Positions 49,555 to 58,184 of a DNA stretch of 64,000 nucleotides are shown in pieces. Source of the stretch: Acidimicrobiales bacterium. GTDB lineage: Bacteria > Actinomycetota > Acidimicrobiia > Acidimicrobiales > WLNW01. Numbering within the stretch: position 1 is the first letter of the stretch; every line of letters starts with the position of its first letter. The notes below the pieces were generated by a model. That model had not been told where the DNA came from. It saw nothing but the letters and a program-made list of their open reading frames with translations, and did no database searches. The position numbers and the translations under genes are program-made. The DNA lies in assembly GCA_039915945.1 (NCBI GenBank), contig JBDSMH010000196.1, forward strand, positions 1,964 to 65,963, given 5' to 3'.

Positions 49555-50450
49555 CGGGCAGGCTCGAAGGACGCACGGCGCTCGTGACCGGCGCAGGCAA
49601 CGGCATCGGCAAAGCGTGTGCCATCGCGCTCGCGGCGCACGGCGCGTCGGTTGTCGTCAACGATCTCGGCACGAGTGAGTACGGGGTCGGTCAGAGCGCG
49701 AGTGCCGCCGACACGACCGTCACCGAAATCCGCGCAGCCGGCGGCACCGCGGTGGCCGAATACAGTTCGGTCGCGACATCGGCGGGATGCAACGACGCGG
49801 TCGCCGCCGCGGTGTCGGCGTTCGGTCAGCTCGACATCGTGGTCGGCGTCGCCGGGGCACTGCTCGAGGGCAGCCTCAACGCCACCGACGACGAGTACCA
49901 ACGCTTCATCGACCTGTTCTTCTCGCAAAAGTTCTGGCTGGCGCGCGCCGCGGTACCGGCGATGGCCGAGCGGGGCTGGGGCCGACTGATCACCACTACG
50001 TCCTATGGCGCCACCGGGTTGCTGGGCAAGCCGATCTTCGCCGGCGCGATGGGCGGCGTCATTTCGATGACCAAAGCGATCGCGCACGAGTACCAAGGCA
50101 TGGGCGTCACGGCCAACTGCCTTGCACCCGGTGCGGCGACCCGCCTTCATTTCCTCAGCCGCGCTCGATTCGAAGAGCTGCATGCCAGTGGGCTGATCGA
50201 CGACGAAGGCTGGGACAGCTATCTCAACGCGCCACCGGCCGACTACGTCGCGCCGATCGTGGCGTGGCTCTGCACCGATGCGGCCGACGGCGTGAGTGGG
50301 CACGTGTTCCACGCGAACGGAGGCGTCGTCGGCGTCTGGAACTCATACGCCGAGAGCGCGATCGCGTTCCGGGGAGACCACCGCACGAACCCGCCGTGGT
50401 CTCTAGAAGAGCTCGACCAGATCGTGCCAAAGACGTTGCTCAAGCACTGA
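49551..50450 (+). CDS. SDR family oxidoreductase
   Basis: TGAGNGIG, VVVNDLG; the catalytic YxxxK appears replaced by FAGAM. Confidence 0.85.
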   Translation: MTGRLEGRTALVTGAGNGIGKACAIALAAHGASVVVNDLGTSEYGVGQSASAADTTVTEIRAAGGTAVAEYSSVATSAGCNDAVAAAVSAFGQLDIVVGVAGALLEGSLNATDDEYQRFIDLFFSQKFWLARAAVPAMAERGWGRLITTTSYGATGLLGKPIFAGAMGGVISMTKAIAHEYQGMGVTANCLAPGAATRLHFLSRARFEELHASGLIDDEGWDSYLNAPPADYVAPIVAWLCTDAADGVSGHVFHANGGVVGVWNSYAESAIAFRGDHRTNPPWSLEELDQIVPKTLLKH

Positions 50451-50453
50451 GCC

Positions 50454-51842
50454 CTAAAAGGGCGTCATGCCATCGGTGTTCAATTGCGCGACGCGTTCCT
50501 GCGTCACGTCGCATTCGACTGCAGCGGCGTTGTACAACGCCAGCTCGCGATGCAGCGCTTCATCGTCGGTGGGATCCGACTGGTTCTGCGCGAGCTTGGT
50601 GAAATACAACGAGGCGACCCGGTCGAGGATCCCGCGAGTGATGCGCAGCTCGAGTCCTTCGTACATGCAGATCGCTTTGGCCAGCTGACACGCGACGTTG
50701 GGCACGTAAGGACGTAGGTCGCCGTCGCCGGTCGTGCGGATCAGCATGCGCAGGTGATTTGCCGAGTCGGCGTCGAGCTCGAGGCCGTGCTTGCGCGCGC
50801 ACACCACGAGGATCCAATCGAACTGTTCGTTGTCGATCGAACCGACGTACACCTTGTTGGGAAGGCGACGGAAGAATGCTTCGTCGCCCAGTGTCGCGGG
50901 ATCGAGGTTCGTCGAGAACACGACGCGCGCGTCGAAGGGAACGTCGAAGCGCACGCCCCACGCCAAGGTGAGATAGTCGATGGCGCGATCCAGCGGAACG
51001 ATCCAGCGGTTGAGGAGCTCGCTGGGTGACATCTGCTGGCGTCCGAAGTCGTCGATCACCAGGATGCCGTTGTTGGCTTTCAGCTGTAGCGACGCGAGGT
51101 GTAGCCCGCTCTGCTTGTCGTAGATCAAGTCGAGCTGCGAACGGGTCAGCTCGCCGCCGACGACGATGCTCGGGCGTTGGCACAAGACCCATCGGGGATC
51201 GAGGTCGTCGGGCTGTGGCTCGATCGCGTGATGCACCGTGGGGTCGTAGACGAGGACGAAGGCGCCGTCGACTTCGATCGCACGGGGGATGAGGACGGTG
51301 TCGCCGAGGAGTCGGGTCAGGCGTTCGGCCACCGACGACTTGCCGGTGCCCGGCGGGCCGTAGAGGAAGATGGCACCCTCACCCATCATCGCCGGGCCGA
51401 CTTCGTCGATGAGCCGATCGTTGACGACGAGGTCGTGAAACGAACTGCGCACTGCGTCGCGGCTGACGACGGGCCGGCGCGTCTGTGCGGCGACCACGCG
51501 CCGGTAGTCCGCCAAGCTGACGGGAGCGACACCGGCGTAGCTGATGCGCGCGATGCTGTCGTTCGCCAGCTTCTTGCCGATCTCGGTGAGACCGACGAGC
51601 CAGTCGCGTCCGACCATCGATTCGAAGTCGACGTACTTCTTGTCCTCGCGCAGGTAGCGCACGATGCTTTCGGTGAGCTGCCCAGTCAGCCCCAGCGCTT
51701 GCGACATGCGGCTGAGCAGCGTGCGGCCGTCGAAGACAATCCGGCGCAGGATCAGGTCGACGATGACGGTCTCGGGAAGGCCGAGCTCCTCGAGCGTGCG
51801 CGGGATCGGCGCGAGCGGGGGCATTCTTTCGGGTGATGTCAC
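50454..51842 (-). CDS. AAA+ ATPase with N-terminal winged-helix-like region
   Basis: GPPGTGKS, VGGELT, LKANNGILVIDDFGRQ, LNRWIVPLD, FSTNL, DEAFFRR. Confidence 0.85.
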   Translation of the reverse strand: MTSPERMPPLAPIPRTLEELGLPETVIVDLILRRIVFDGRTLLSRMSQALGLTGQLTESIVRYLREDKKYVDFESMVGRDWLVGLTEIGKKLANDSIARISYAGVAPVSLADYRRVVAAQTRRPVVSRDAVRSSFHDLVVNDRLIDEVGPAMMGEGAIFLYGPPGTGKSSVAERLTRLLGDTVLIPRAIEVDGAFVLVYDPTVHHAIEPQPDDLDPRWVLCQRPSIVVGGELTRSQLDLIYDKQSGLHLASLQLKANNGILVIDDFGRQQMSPSELLNRWIVPLDRAIDYLTLAWGVRFDVPFDARVVFSTNLDPATLGDEAFFRRLPNKVYVGSIDNEQFDWILVVCARKHGLELDADSANHLRMLIRTTGDGDLRPYVPNVACQLAKAICMYEGLELRITRGILDRVASLYFTKLAQNQSDPTDDEALHRELALYNAAAVECDVTQERVAQLNTDGMTPF

Positions 51843-51971
51843 GACAGTTGTGTCGACCTTCGAACGACATGGGTTGAGCCCCTCCGCGACGGTGATCCGT
51901 TCGGCTCACACATCGGTGGCATTGCATCGAGAAAGTGGCAGACTGCCCATCCACTGCAGACGGAGGCGACC

Positions 51972-52757
51972 ATGGCGAATGACGCTGCTGCGCTCGACGT
52001 GCACGTGAGCACGCGAGGCACGATCTCCGATGCGCACCGCGATCTGGCGCGTGACAAGGTCGCGCGGCTCGTTCGGTTGTGCCGTGAGCCCGTGCGCCTC
52101 GCGCAGGTGCGATTGATCATGCAGTCCGGTCCCGCGCGCGACCGTCCGGCCGAAGTCGAAGCGGTGCTCGACATCGACGGCAAGGTGGCGCGAGCGCATG
52201 TCGCCGCGGCCACGATCAACGAAGCCGTTGACCTGGTGGTCGATCGCCTCCGCCGGCGCATCGAGCGCCTCGAAGACCGGCGCCATCGCCTGCCCGAGCG
52301 CCGCGCTGCGGCCCACGAGGCGCGGTCGCGTCATGCCGAGGTCCCGGCGCAGCGTCCCGAGTACGCCGCTCTCTCGATCGAAGAGCGCGACGTAGTGCGC
52401 CGCAAGTCGTTCGCACTCGAGCCGCTGTCACTCGAAGAGGCTGCGTTCGATCTCGACGCCCTGGCCCACGACTTCTATCTGTTTCGAGAACAGTCGACGA
52501 TGCGCGATTGTGTGTTGTCGTACGGCGCGGACGGCCTCGAGCTTGCGCATCCTGATGACGTCACGCCCGATGTGTCGGCGCTCTCGATACCACTTCGATT
52601 GCGACCGATCGCCGCCATTCACATGACCGAACTCGACTCGCGCGAGCGACTCGACGTCGGCCATGAGCCGTTCGTGTTCTTCCTGTCGGCGAGCGGCCGG
52701 GGCAACGTCATGTACGTGCGCCGTGATGGCAACTACGGCGTGATCGAAGCCGGTTGA
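51972..52757 (+). CDS. HPF/RaiA family ribosome-associated protein, long form
   Basis: S30AE-like N domain (EAVDLVVDRLRRRIER) plus two C-terminal modules (LEEAAFDLDALAHDFYLF; FVFF...VMYVRRDGNYGVI). Confidence 0.8.
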   Translation: MANDAAALDVHVSTRGTISDAHRDLARDKVARLVRLCREPVRLAQVRLIMQSGPARDRPAEVEAVLDIDGKVARAHVAAATINEAVDLVVDRLRRRIERLEDRRHRLPERRAAAHEARSRHAEVPAQRPEYAALSIEERDVVRRKSFALEPLSLEEAAFDLDALAHDFYLFREQSTMRDCVLSYGADGLELAHPDDVTPDVSALSIPLRLRPIAAIHMTELDSRERLDVGHEPFVFFLSASGRGNVMYVRRDGNYGVIEAG

Positions 52758-52790
52758 CGCGAAGCCGGTCGACGCGACACCAGTCGGTCG

Positions 52791-54005
52791 TCAGCTCACC
52801 GTGATCGTCACGCGCCGGCTCTTGGCCGGGTCGGCTTCGGGTTGCGTGTCGCCTTTGCTCTCGACCGAGAACTTTGCGGCGGCCTGCGGAACTGCGGCCT
52901 GTATCGCGTCACGGACCACCGATGCGCGCGCCAGCGAAAGCTGCTGATTCGTGGTCGGATTGCCGCTCGTATCGGAGTAACCGGTGATCCCCACCGGCGC
53001 GCCCACGCCCGACGTGCGCAACCGTTCGGCAACCTGCGTGATGACTTGCTGCGCGGCCGAATCGATGGTCGTGCTGTTGACGGCGAAGTAGATCACCCAC
53101 GTCGTCGCTGTACGCACCCCGCTGACCGCGCCCCCTGCAGTTGTCACGGGCGCCGTCGGCGCGACGGGTGTCGTTGCCCCCGACGATGCGGCAACGGTGG
53201 CTGACGCGCCGGCCGCCGCGGTCGGCGTGGATTGGGCGACGGTGGTGGTCGTCGCGGTGGCGAGGTTCTTGTTGCCGCCGTCGCCGCACTGAGAGAACAC
53301 GAGCGCGAACACGAGCACCAGACCGGCGAGAACGAAGAGCCATGTCAACGGATTGGCGCGCCGCTCGTTATCGCCGTAGGTGCCGTTGGGCGGGTAGCCG
53401 ACGGGACGTGTGCGCGAACGGCGAAGGGCCGTTGCCGTTCCGGAGGCGGCGTCGTCGACGATGACGATGCGATCGCCGTCGTTGTCGTATCCGACGCGTG
53501 TGTCGTAGCCCCCGTCGTCGTAGCCCGAACCGAGTGCCGCCTCGAAACGATCGTCGAAGGTGTAATCGTCGGCGAAGAACGAATCGTCGACGGCACCGAA
53601 CGCGAACTGTGTGTCGAGTGGTTCGGGATCGATGACGAATTCGTCGAGCGGATGATGGGGTGCGGTGTTCAGTTGCGCGGCGTACGCGGCATCGGGCTCG
53701 ATGGATACGAGCAACGGCTCGTCGTCGGGCGTGTATGCGCCGACGCGCCGAGTGGCATTGCGATAGCCGAGGCGTTCGCCCACCGTCGTGTCGTCGATGT
53801 CAGCCAACGCCCGCCGCACGGACGCCACGTTGCCGGTGACGAGATCTCGGCCGAGGCGCTCGTAGCCGCCCGCGGGCAGCAGCTTTTGCAGCCAGGTCAG
53901 CCGGCCGTCGGCGAATCGCGTGTCGATCCACGCCAGATCACCCCGCGCCGCACGGCGGCGTAGATGGCGAAGGCCACTCAGGAGCTCGTCGAGTTCGGGC
54001 TGCAT
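52791..54005 (-). CDS. OmpA-domain membrane protein
   Basis: Acidic N region, one TM, Thr/Ala linker, IYFAVNS...GYSDTSG...NQQLSLARA...RRVTI; start uncertain. Confidence 0.8.
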   Translation of the reverse strand: MQPELDELLSGLRHLRRRAARGDLAWIDTRFADGRLTWLQKLLPAGGYERLGRDLVTGNVASVRRALADIDDTTVGERLGYRNATRRVGAYTPDDEPLLVSIEPDAAYAAQLNTAPHHPLDEFVIDPEPLDTQFAFGAVDDSFFADDYTFDDRFEAALGSGYDDGGYDTRVGYDNDGDRIVIVDDAASGTATALRRSRTRPVGYPPNGTYGDNERRANPLTWLFVLAGLVLVFALVFSQCGDGGNKNLATATTTTVAQSTPTAAAGASATVAASSGATTPVAPTAPVTTAGGAVSGVRTATTWVIYFAVNSTTIDSAAQQVITQVAERLRTSGVGAPVGITGYSDTSGNPTTNQQLSLARASVVRDAIQAAVPQAAAKFSVESKGDTQPEADPAKSRRVTITVS

Positions 54006-54118
54006 AGTTGAACCCATATCTTGCACTGTCAGCGCCCTCCGTGCAGGGCAATGGGCCAAACGGCCCAGGTCGGCGCTCGCGATGGCCCGCTGTGCTACAC
54101 CAGAGACGAGGAGCACGT

Positions 54119-55474
54119 GTGGGCGTCAAGCCGTGGCAACCGGGCGGAGAAGAGCGCCGCCGGGACATCGATTGGATCATGGACCGCGCCGTCGAGACCG
54201 CGCCCCGCGCCGAAGCTCAGGCTCGCGCCGACGGTGCCTGGCGTCGCTTGCGCGAAGCCTTGGCCGATCGGTCGGGGTTCGTGCGCCGTCATCTCGCGGC
54301 AGCGAGTGCCGACCTGGCGGCGGTCGCCTCCGTCGACGATCTGCCGCGACTGCCGTTGTGTTCGAAGGCCGATCTGCGCGATGCCCAGGATCGATTTCCG
54401 CCCTTCGGTGACCACCTCGGGGTCGACGACGCCGAGGTCAAGCTCGTCTACCAGACGAGTGGCACCACCGGTCGGCCCTGCCGCATCGCCTTGACCCGCG
54501 CCGACGCCGAGATGTGGTGGACGATCGGCGCCCGCTCGTATCGGGCGACGGGCATGTATCCGCACGACTCGGTCCTGGTGTCGTTGGGCGCCGGGCCGTT
54601 CGTGGCCGGGCACACGCACGGCTCGGTCGATCGCACGGGTGCCCGTAGGGTGCCGGTGGCGCCGGGTGATACCGCGCGCGTGCTCGACGCGGCGGCCGCC
54701 GGGTTGTTCGACACGATCGTGGCGACGCCGAGCTTTGCGTTGCATCTCGCCGATCGGTGTGCCCGCGATGGCATCGACGCGCCGCGCTTGGGCATTCGCC
54801 ATGTCGTGAGCGGGGGCGAACCCGGCGGGGGCATCGCGTCGACCCGGGCCCGCATCGAGGCGTCGTTCGACTGCGACGTGACCGAAGCGATGGGCCTAGG
54901 TGATATCGCGCCGTCGCTCTACGGCGAATGCGAGGCGAAGGCGGGCATGCACTTCTGCGGGCAGGGCTTCGTCTGGCCCGAACTGATCGACCCCGCGACG
55001 AACGAGCCGCTCGCGATCGAGACGGGCGTCGTGGGTGAGGTCGTGTACACGACCTTGCAGCGAGAAGCGATGCCCCTCGTACGGTTCCGCTCGGGCGACA
55101 TCCTCGAGATCCTGGGCGCATCGTGCGAATGCGGTCGCACCAGCTTCCGCGCGCGGTGCCTCGCCCGCGCCGACGACATGTTCATCGTGCGCGGGGTCAA
55201 TGTGTATCCGTCGGCGATCGTGGCCGTGGTGGGGGAGTTCCATCCGTACGTGAGTGGGCGGGCCCGCGTCGTGTTGCCGGTGGGCGCCGTCGCGGTCGAC
55301 CCACCGGTGGCGGTGCAGGTCGAAGTGGCCGGCGCGGCGCCGCCGGCCGATCTGGCGGCGCGCATCGCCGACGCGATCAGGCAGCGACTCACGTTTCGCG
55401 CCACCGTCGAGCTCGTTGCGTCAGAAGCGTTCGGCGACGCCGGCTACAAGACGAATCTGGTCGTGCGCCGATGA
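54119..55474 (+). CDS. Phenylacetate--CoA ligase family protein
   Basis: QTSGTTGRP, GGEPG, REAMPLVRFRSGD, RADDMFIVRGVNVYP; GAGGAG RBS. Confidence 0.88.
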   Translation: MGVKPWQPGGEERRRDIDWIMDRAVETAPRAEAQARADGAWRRLREALADRSGFVRRHLAAASADLAAVASVDDLPRLPLCSKADLRDAQDRFPPFGDHLGVDDAEVKLVYQTSGTTGRPCRIALTRADAEMWWTIGARSYRATGMYPHDSVLVSLGAGPFVAGHTHGSVDRTGARRVPVAPGDTARVLDAAAAGLFDTIVATPSFALHLADRCARDGIDAPRLGIRHVVSGGEPGGGIASTRARIEASFDCDVTEAMGLGDIAPSLYGECEAKAGMHFCGQGFVWPELIDPATNEPLAIETGVVGEVVYTTLQREAMPLVRFRSGDILEILGASCECGRTSFRARCLARADDMFIVRGVNVYPSAIVAVVGEFHPYVSGRARVVLPVGAVAVDPPVAVQVEVAGAAPPADLAARIADAIRQRLTFRATVELVASEAFGDAGYKTNLVVRR

Positions 55475-55495
55475 TCCTCCTCGATTGAGGCCGGC

Positions 55496-55882
55496 TCAGA
55501 ACATCGTGTTGTCGTTGGCCGACGCCGCGGGGATCACTTGGAGCACATCCCAGTGCTCGACGATCTTGCCGTCGTCGTCGAAGCGGAAGATGTCGATGCC
55601 CGCGTAGTCGTGATCGCCGGGCCAGTGCTGAAAGCAATGCAACACGACGTAGTCGTCTTCGGCGATGGCCCGTTTGAACTCGACGCGCTTGCCTGGATAC
55701 TCGACCGCCATACGCTCGAAGTAGTCGATGAATGGTTGCTTGCCGTCGCCCACGCCCGGATTGTGCTGGCGATACTCGGCACCGGCGTAACGCTCGATTG
55801 CGTCGGCGGGCCGGCATTCGTTGAACATGAGATCGTAGAAGGCTTGGGCGGTGCCCTTGTTCCGTGCGGTGCGCTCGCTCAT
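55496..55882 (-). CDS. SnoaL-like/NTF2 family protein
   Basis: YRQHNP...[19 protein letters not shown]. Confidence 0.85.
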   Translation of the reverse strand: MSERTARNKGTAQAFYDLMFNECRPADAIERYAGAEYRQHNPGVGDGKQPFIDYFERMAVEYPGKRVEFKRAIAEDDYVVLHCFQHWPGDHDYAGIDIFRFDDDGKIVEHWDVLQVIPAASANDNTMF

Positions 55883-56361
55883 GGGGTCGCGTTCTGGCGA
55901 TCGCGCAGCGTGGTCGCGGGCGGGACACCGGCAATTTGATGGGCCGACATCTCGCCGACGAGGTCGATGATGAACTTTCGCTCGGCGAAGCGCCATTTGT
56001 CGTCGACGCGTTCGAAGCGATCGTGGTAGCGGCCCACGATGATCGGCTGCAGCGGCAAGTCGGGCGTTTCCTGCATGACGAGATAGCGCGAGCGCACCGC
56101 GGCGCTGGTTGCCGTTTCGTCGAGGTCGATCATGACGTTCAGGCAGAGATGCGCGGTGCGGGGAATGCCGTCGTAGAGGCGTTGGCGGCTGCGGAACGAT
56201 TCGGCCACTGCGGCGCCGCTGATCGCACCGATCGGTTCGGGGAACCACACCACCGCGTGTTCGAAGAGTTCGGCGCGTGTGTCGAAATCGCCGTTGTCGG
56301 TGGCCTCCATGTAGCGATACAGCAGGTTGCGGATCTGTTGTTCGTGAGAGCTCGGGTCCAT
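55879..56361 (-). CDS. NTF2-like (SnoaL_4) protein
   Basis: [30 protein letters not shown]. Confidence 0.85.
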   Translation of the reverse strand: MDPSSHEQQIRNLLYRYMEATDNGDFDTRAELFEHAVVWFPEPIGAISGAAVAESFRSRQRLYDGIPRTAHLCLNVMIDLDETATSAAVRSRYLVMQETPDLPLQPIIVGRYHDRFERVDDKWRFAERKFIIDLVGEMSAHQIAGVPPATTLRDRQNATP

Positions 56362-56456
56362 GCTCGACACAGTATGCGAGTGGGTAGTTGGCCGCACCCG
56401 AGCCTCGGCCGTGTAGTACAACGGAGCACACGAGATCGATCGTGGGGGGCCGCGCG

Positions 56457-57416
56457 ATGCCGGTACAGCCAGCAGTGCAAGCAGTGCTCGACGCAATGAC
56501 GTCCGCCGCGCAATCCGCCGCTGGCCCGGAGACCGACGCCGACTTCGACGTCGCGCAACGGCGCAAGCAGATGGACGACTTCACGGTGGCCGGCTTCGGG
56601 TCGGTCGGCGAGGCCGGCCCGGCGATGGTGGAGGAGTTCACCCACAAGGTCCCGGTCGCCGACGGTGTGATCCGCGTGCGCACCTATCGACCCGTGCAGG
56701 GCGGTGAACTCGCCTGCTACATCTATATCCACGGCGGCGGCTGGTGGCTCGGCAACATCGACATCTACGACGGCTCGTGCCGTGCCATGGCCGACCATCT
56801 CGGGTGCGTGGTCGCGTCGGTGGGATACCGGCTCGCACCGGAGCATGCGTTCCCGACCGCCGCCGAAGATTGTTACGCCGCGTTGCTCTGGGTGTCGATG
56901 AACGCGGACGCGCTGGGCGTCGACGCGGCGCGTATCGCAGTCGGGGGTGGTAGCGCCGGTGGCAACCTCGCCGCCGTGGTGGCACTCATGGCCCGTGATC
57001 GGGGTGGCCCGTCGTTGCGCGCGCAGGTGCTCGACATCCCCGCGACCGATCTGATGATGGCGTCGCCGTCGATCGAAGCAAACGCCACCGGCTACATGCT
57101 CACCAAATCGGGCATGGAAGAGTGCCGGGCGTTCTACGCGCCCGATCCCGCCGATTGGACGAATCCGTACGCATCGCCGATGCACGCCGCCGACCACTCG
57201 AACCTGCCGCCCGCGTGTGTCACGACATGTGAGTACGATCCGCTGCGCGACGAGGGTGAGCAGTACGCCATGAAACTCGTCGCCGCCGGCGTACCCGTGA
57301 CGATGCAGCGGGCGTTGGGTCACATCCACGGCTCGCACCACATGGTCAAGCTCATGCCCGACGCCGCGCGTTACAACGACACGGTCGTGCGCTTCCTCCG
57401 CCAACACCTCGCGTAA
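56457..57416 (+). CDS. Alpha/beta hydrolase, HSL family esterase
   Basis: [26 protein letters not shown]. Confidence 0.92.
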   Translation: MPVQPAVQAVLDAMTSAAQSAAGPETDADFDVAQRRKQMDDFTVAGFGSVGEAGPAMVEEFTHKVPVADGVIRVRTYRPVQGGELACYIYIHGGGWWLGNIDIYDGSCRAMADHLGCVVASVGYRLAPEHAFPTAAEDCYAALLWVSMNADALGVDAARIAVGGGSAGGNLAAVVALMARDRGGPSLRAQVLDIPATDLMMASPSIEANATGYMLTKSGMEECRAFYAPDPADWTNPYASPMHAADHSNLPPACVTTCEYDPLRDEGEQYAMKLVAAGVPVTMQRALGHIHGSHHMVKLMPDAARYNDTVVRFLRQHLA

Positions 57417-57422
57417 CCCGCA

Positions 57423-57470
57423 TTCTGTTGGTGTTTTACAGGTATCGACACCTGTAAAACACCAACAGAA
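57423..57470. terminator. Perfect 21-bp palindrome between convergent genes; same family as 17495-17544
   Basis: TTCTGTTGGTGTTTTACAGGT-ATCGAC-ACCTGTAAAACACCAACAGAA. Confidence 0.75.
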
Positions 57471-57473
57471 CGG

Positions 57474-58151
57474 CTAGGCGAGGTCGACGGAGCCGCGTTC
57501 GTGGCGGGTTCGCGGCACGGCCTCGTCGACGGAGATCCACGCCTCGCCGTCGAAGCGGCGGATGATACGGGCGGGCGCACCGGCGACGATGCAGTGCGCC
57601 GGCACCTGTCCCGAGACGATGCTCCCCGCGGCGACCACGACGTGTTCGCCGAGCACGGTGCCGGGCAACACGACGCTGTTGGTGCCGAGCCAACTGTTGG
57701 CCCCGATCGATACCGGCCGCGACGCTTGCAGTTGGTGCCCGATCGGCTCGTCAAAGTTCTCGTAGCCGTGGTTGATGTCGGTGATATAGACGCGCGGTCC
57801 CGTGTAGACGTGCGCGCCGATGGTGATTCCCGCCAGCGCGATGATGCCGTTATGCGCGCCGATGCTGCATCCCTCGCCGATGACGATGGTGGGGTCGTTG
57901 GCCTCGCTCTGCTGGGGGCTCAGCCCGACCGCCATCGACACGTAGGGACCGATCAGCGCGCCGTCGCCGATGCGCATCCATCGCTCACCGTAGAGCGCCG
58001 TGGCGGGAAAGCAGATGGCCGCGCCCTTGCCGAACGAACCGAACTGTTTGCTGCGGGGATGGGTGGGCGAGATCTTGCCGTGGTGTTCGGCGAATCGCCA
58101 GGTGGCATCGATCGCTCTCGCGAAAAGCTGGCTCGCCCGAGGAGTACGCAC
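57474..58151 (-). CDS. Hexapeptide-repeat acyltransferase
   Basis: IG repeats, ITDINHGY, VLPG, VAAGS.V, AGAPARIIR. Confidence 0.88.
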   Translation of the reverse strand: MRTPRASQLFARAIDATWRFAEHHGKISPTHPRSKQFGSFGKGAAICFPATALYGERWMRIGDGALIGPYVSMAVGLSPQQSEANDPTIVIGEGCSIGAHNGIIALAGITIGAHVYTGPRVYITDINHGYENFDEPIGHQLQASRPVSIGANSWLGTNSVVLPGTVLGEHVVVAAGSIVSGQVPAHCIVAGAPARIIRRFDGEAWISVDEAVPRTRHERGSVDLA

Positions 58152-58184
58152 GAGCGGAACGTACTACTCGGCGCGGCGACCGTC

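Noticed and set aside
51843-51971. DosR-type box upstream of the HPF-like gene
   Set aside because: Only a short GGCAG-A-CTGCC palindrome is present, which does not match the GGGAC-core consensus.
55496-56683. 395-aa fusion ORF
   Set aside because: Only the last 128 aa are SnoaL-like; the upstream part overlaps two real genes in other frames.
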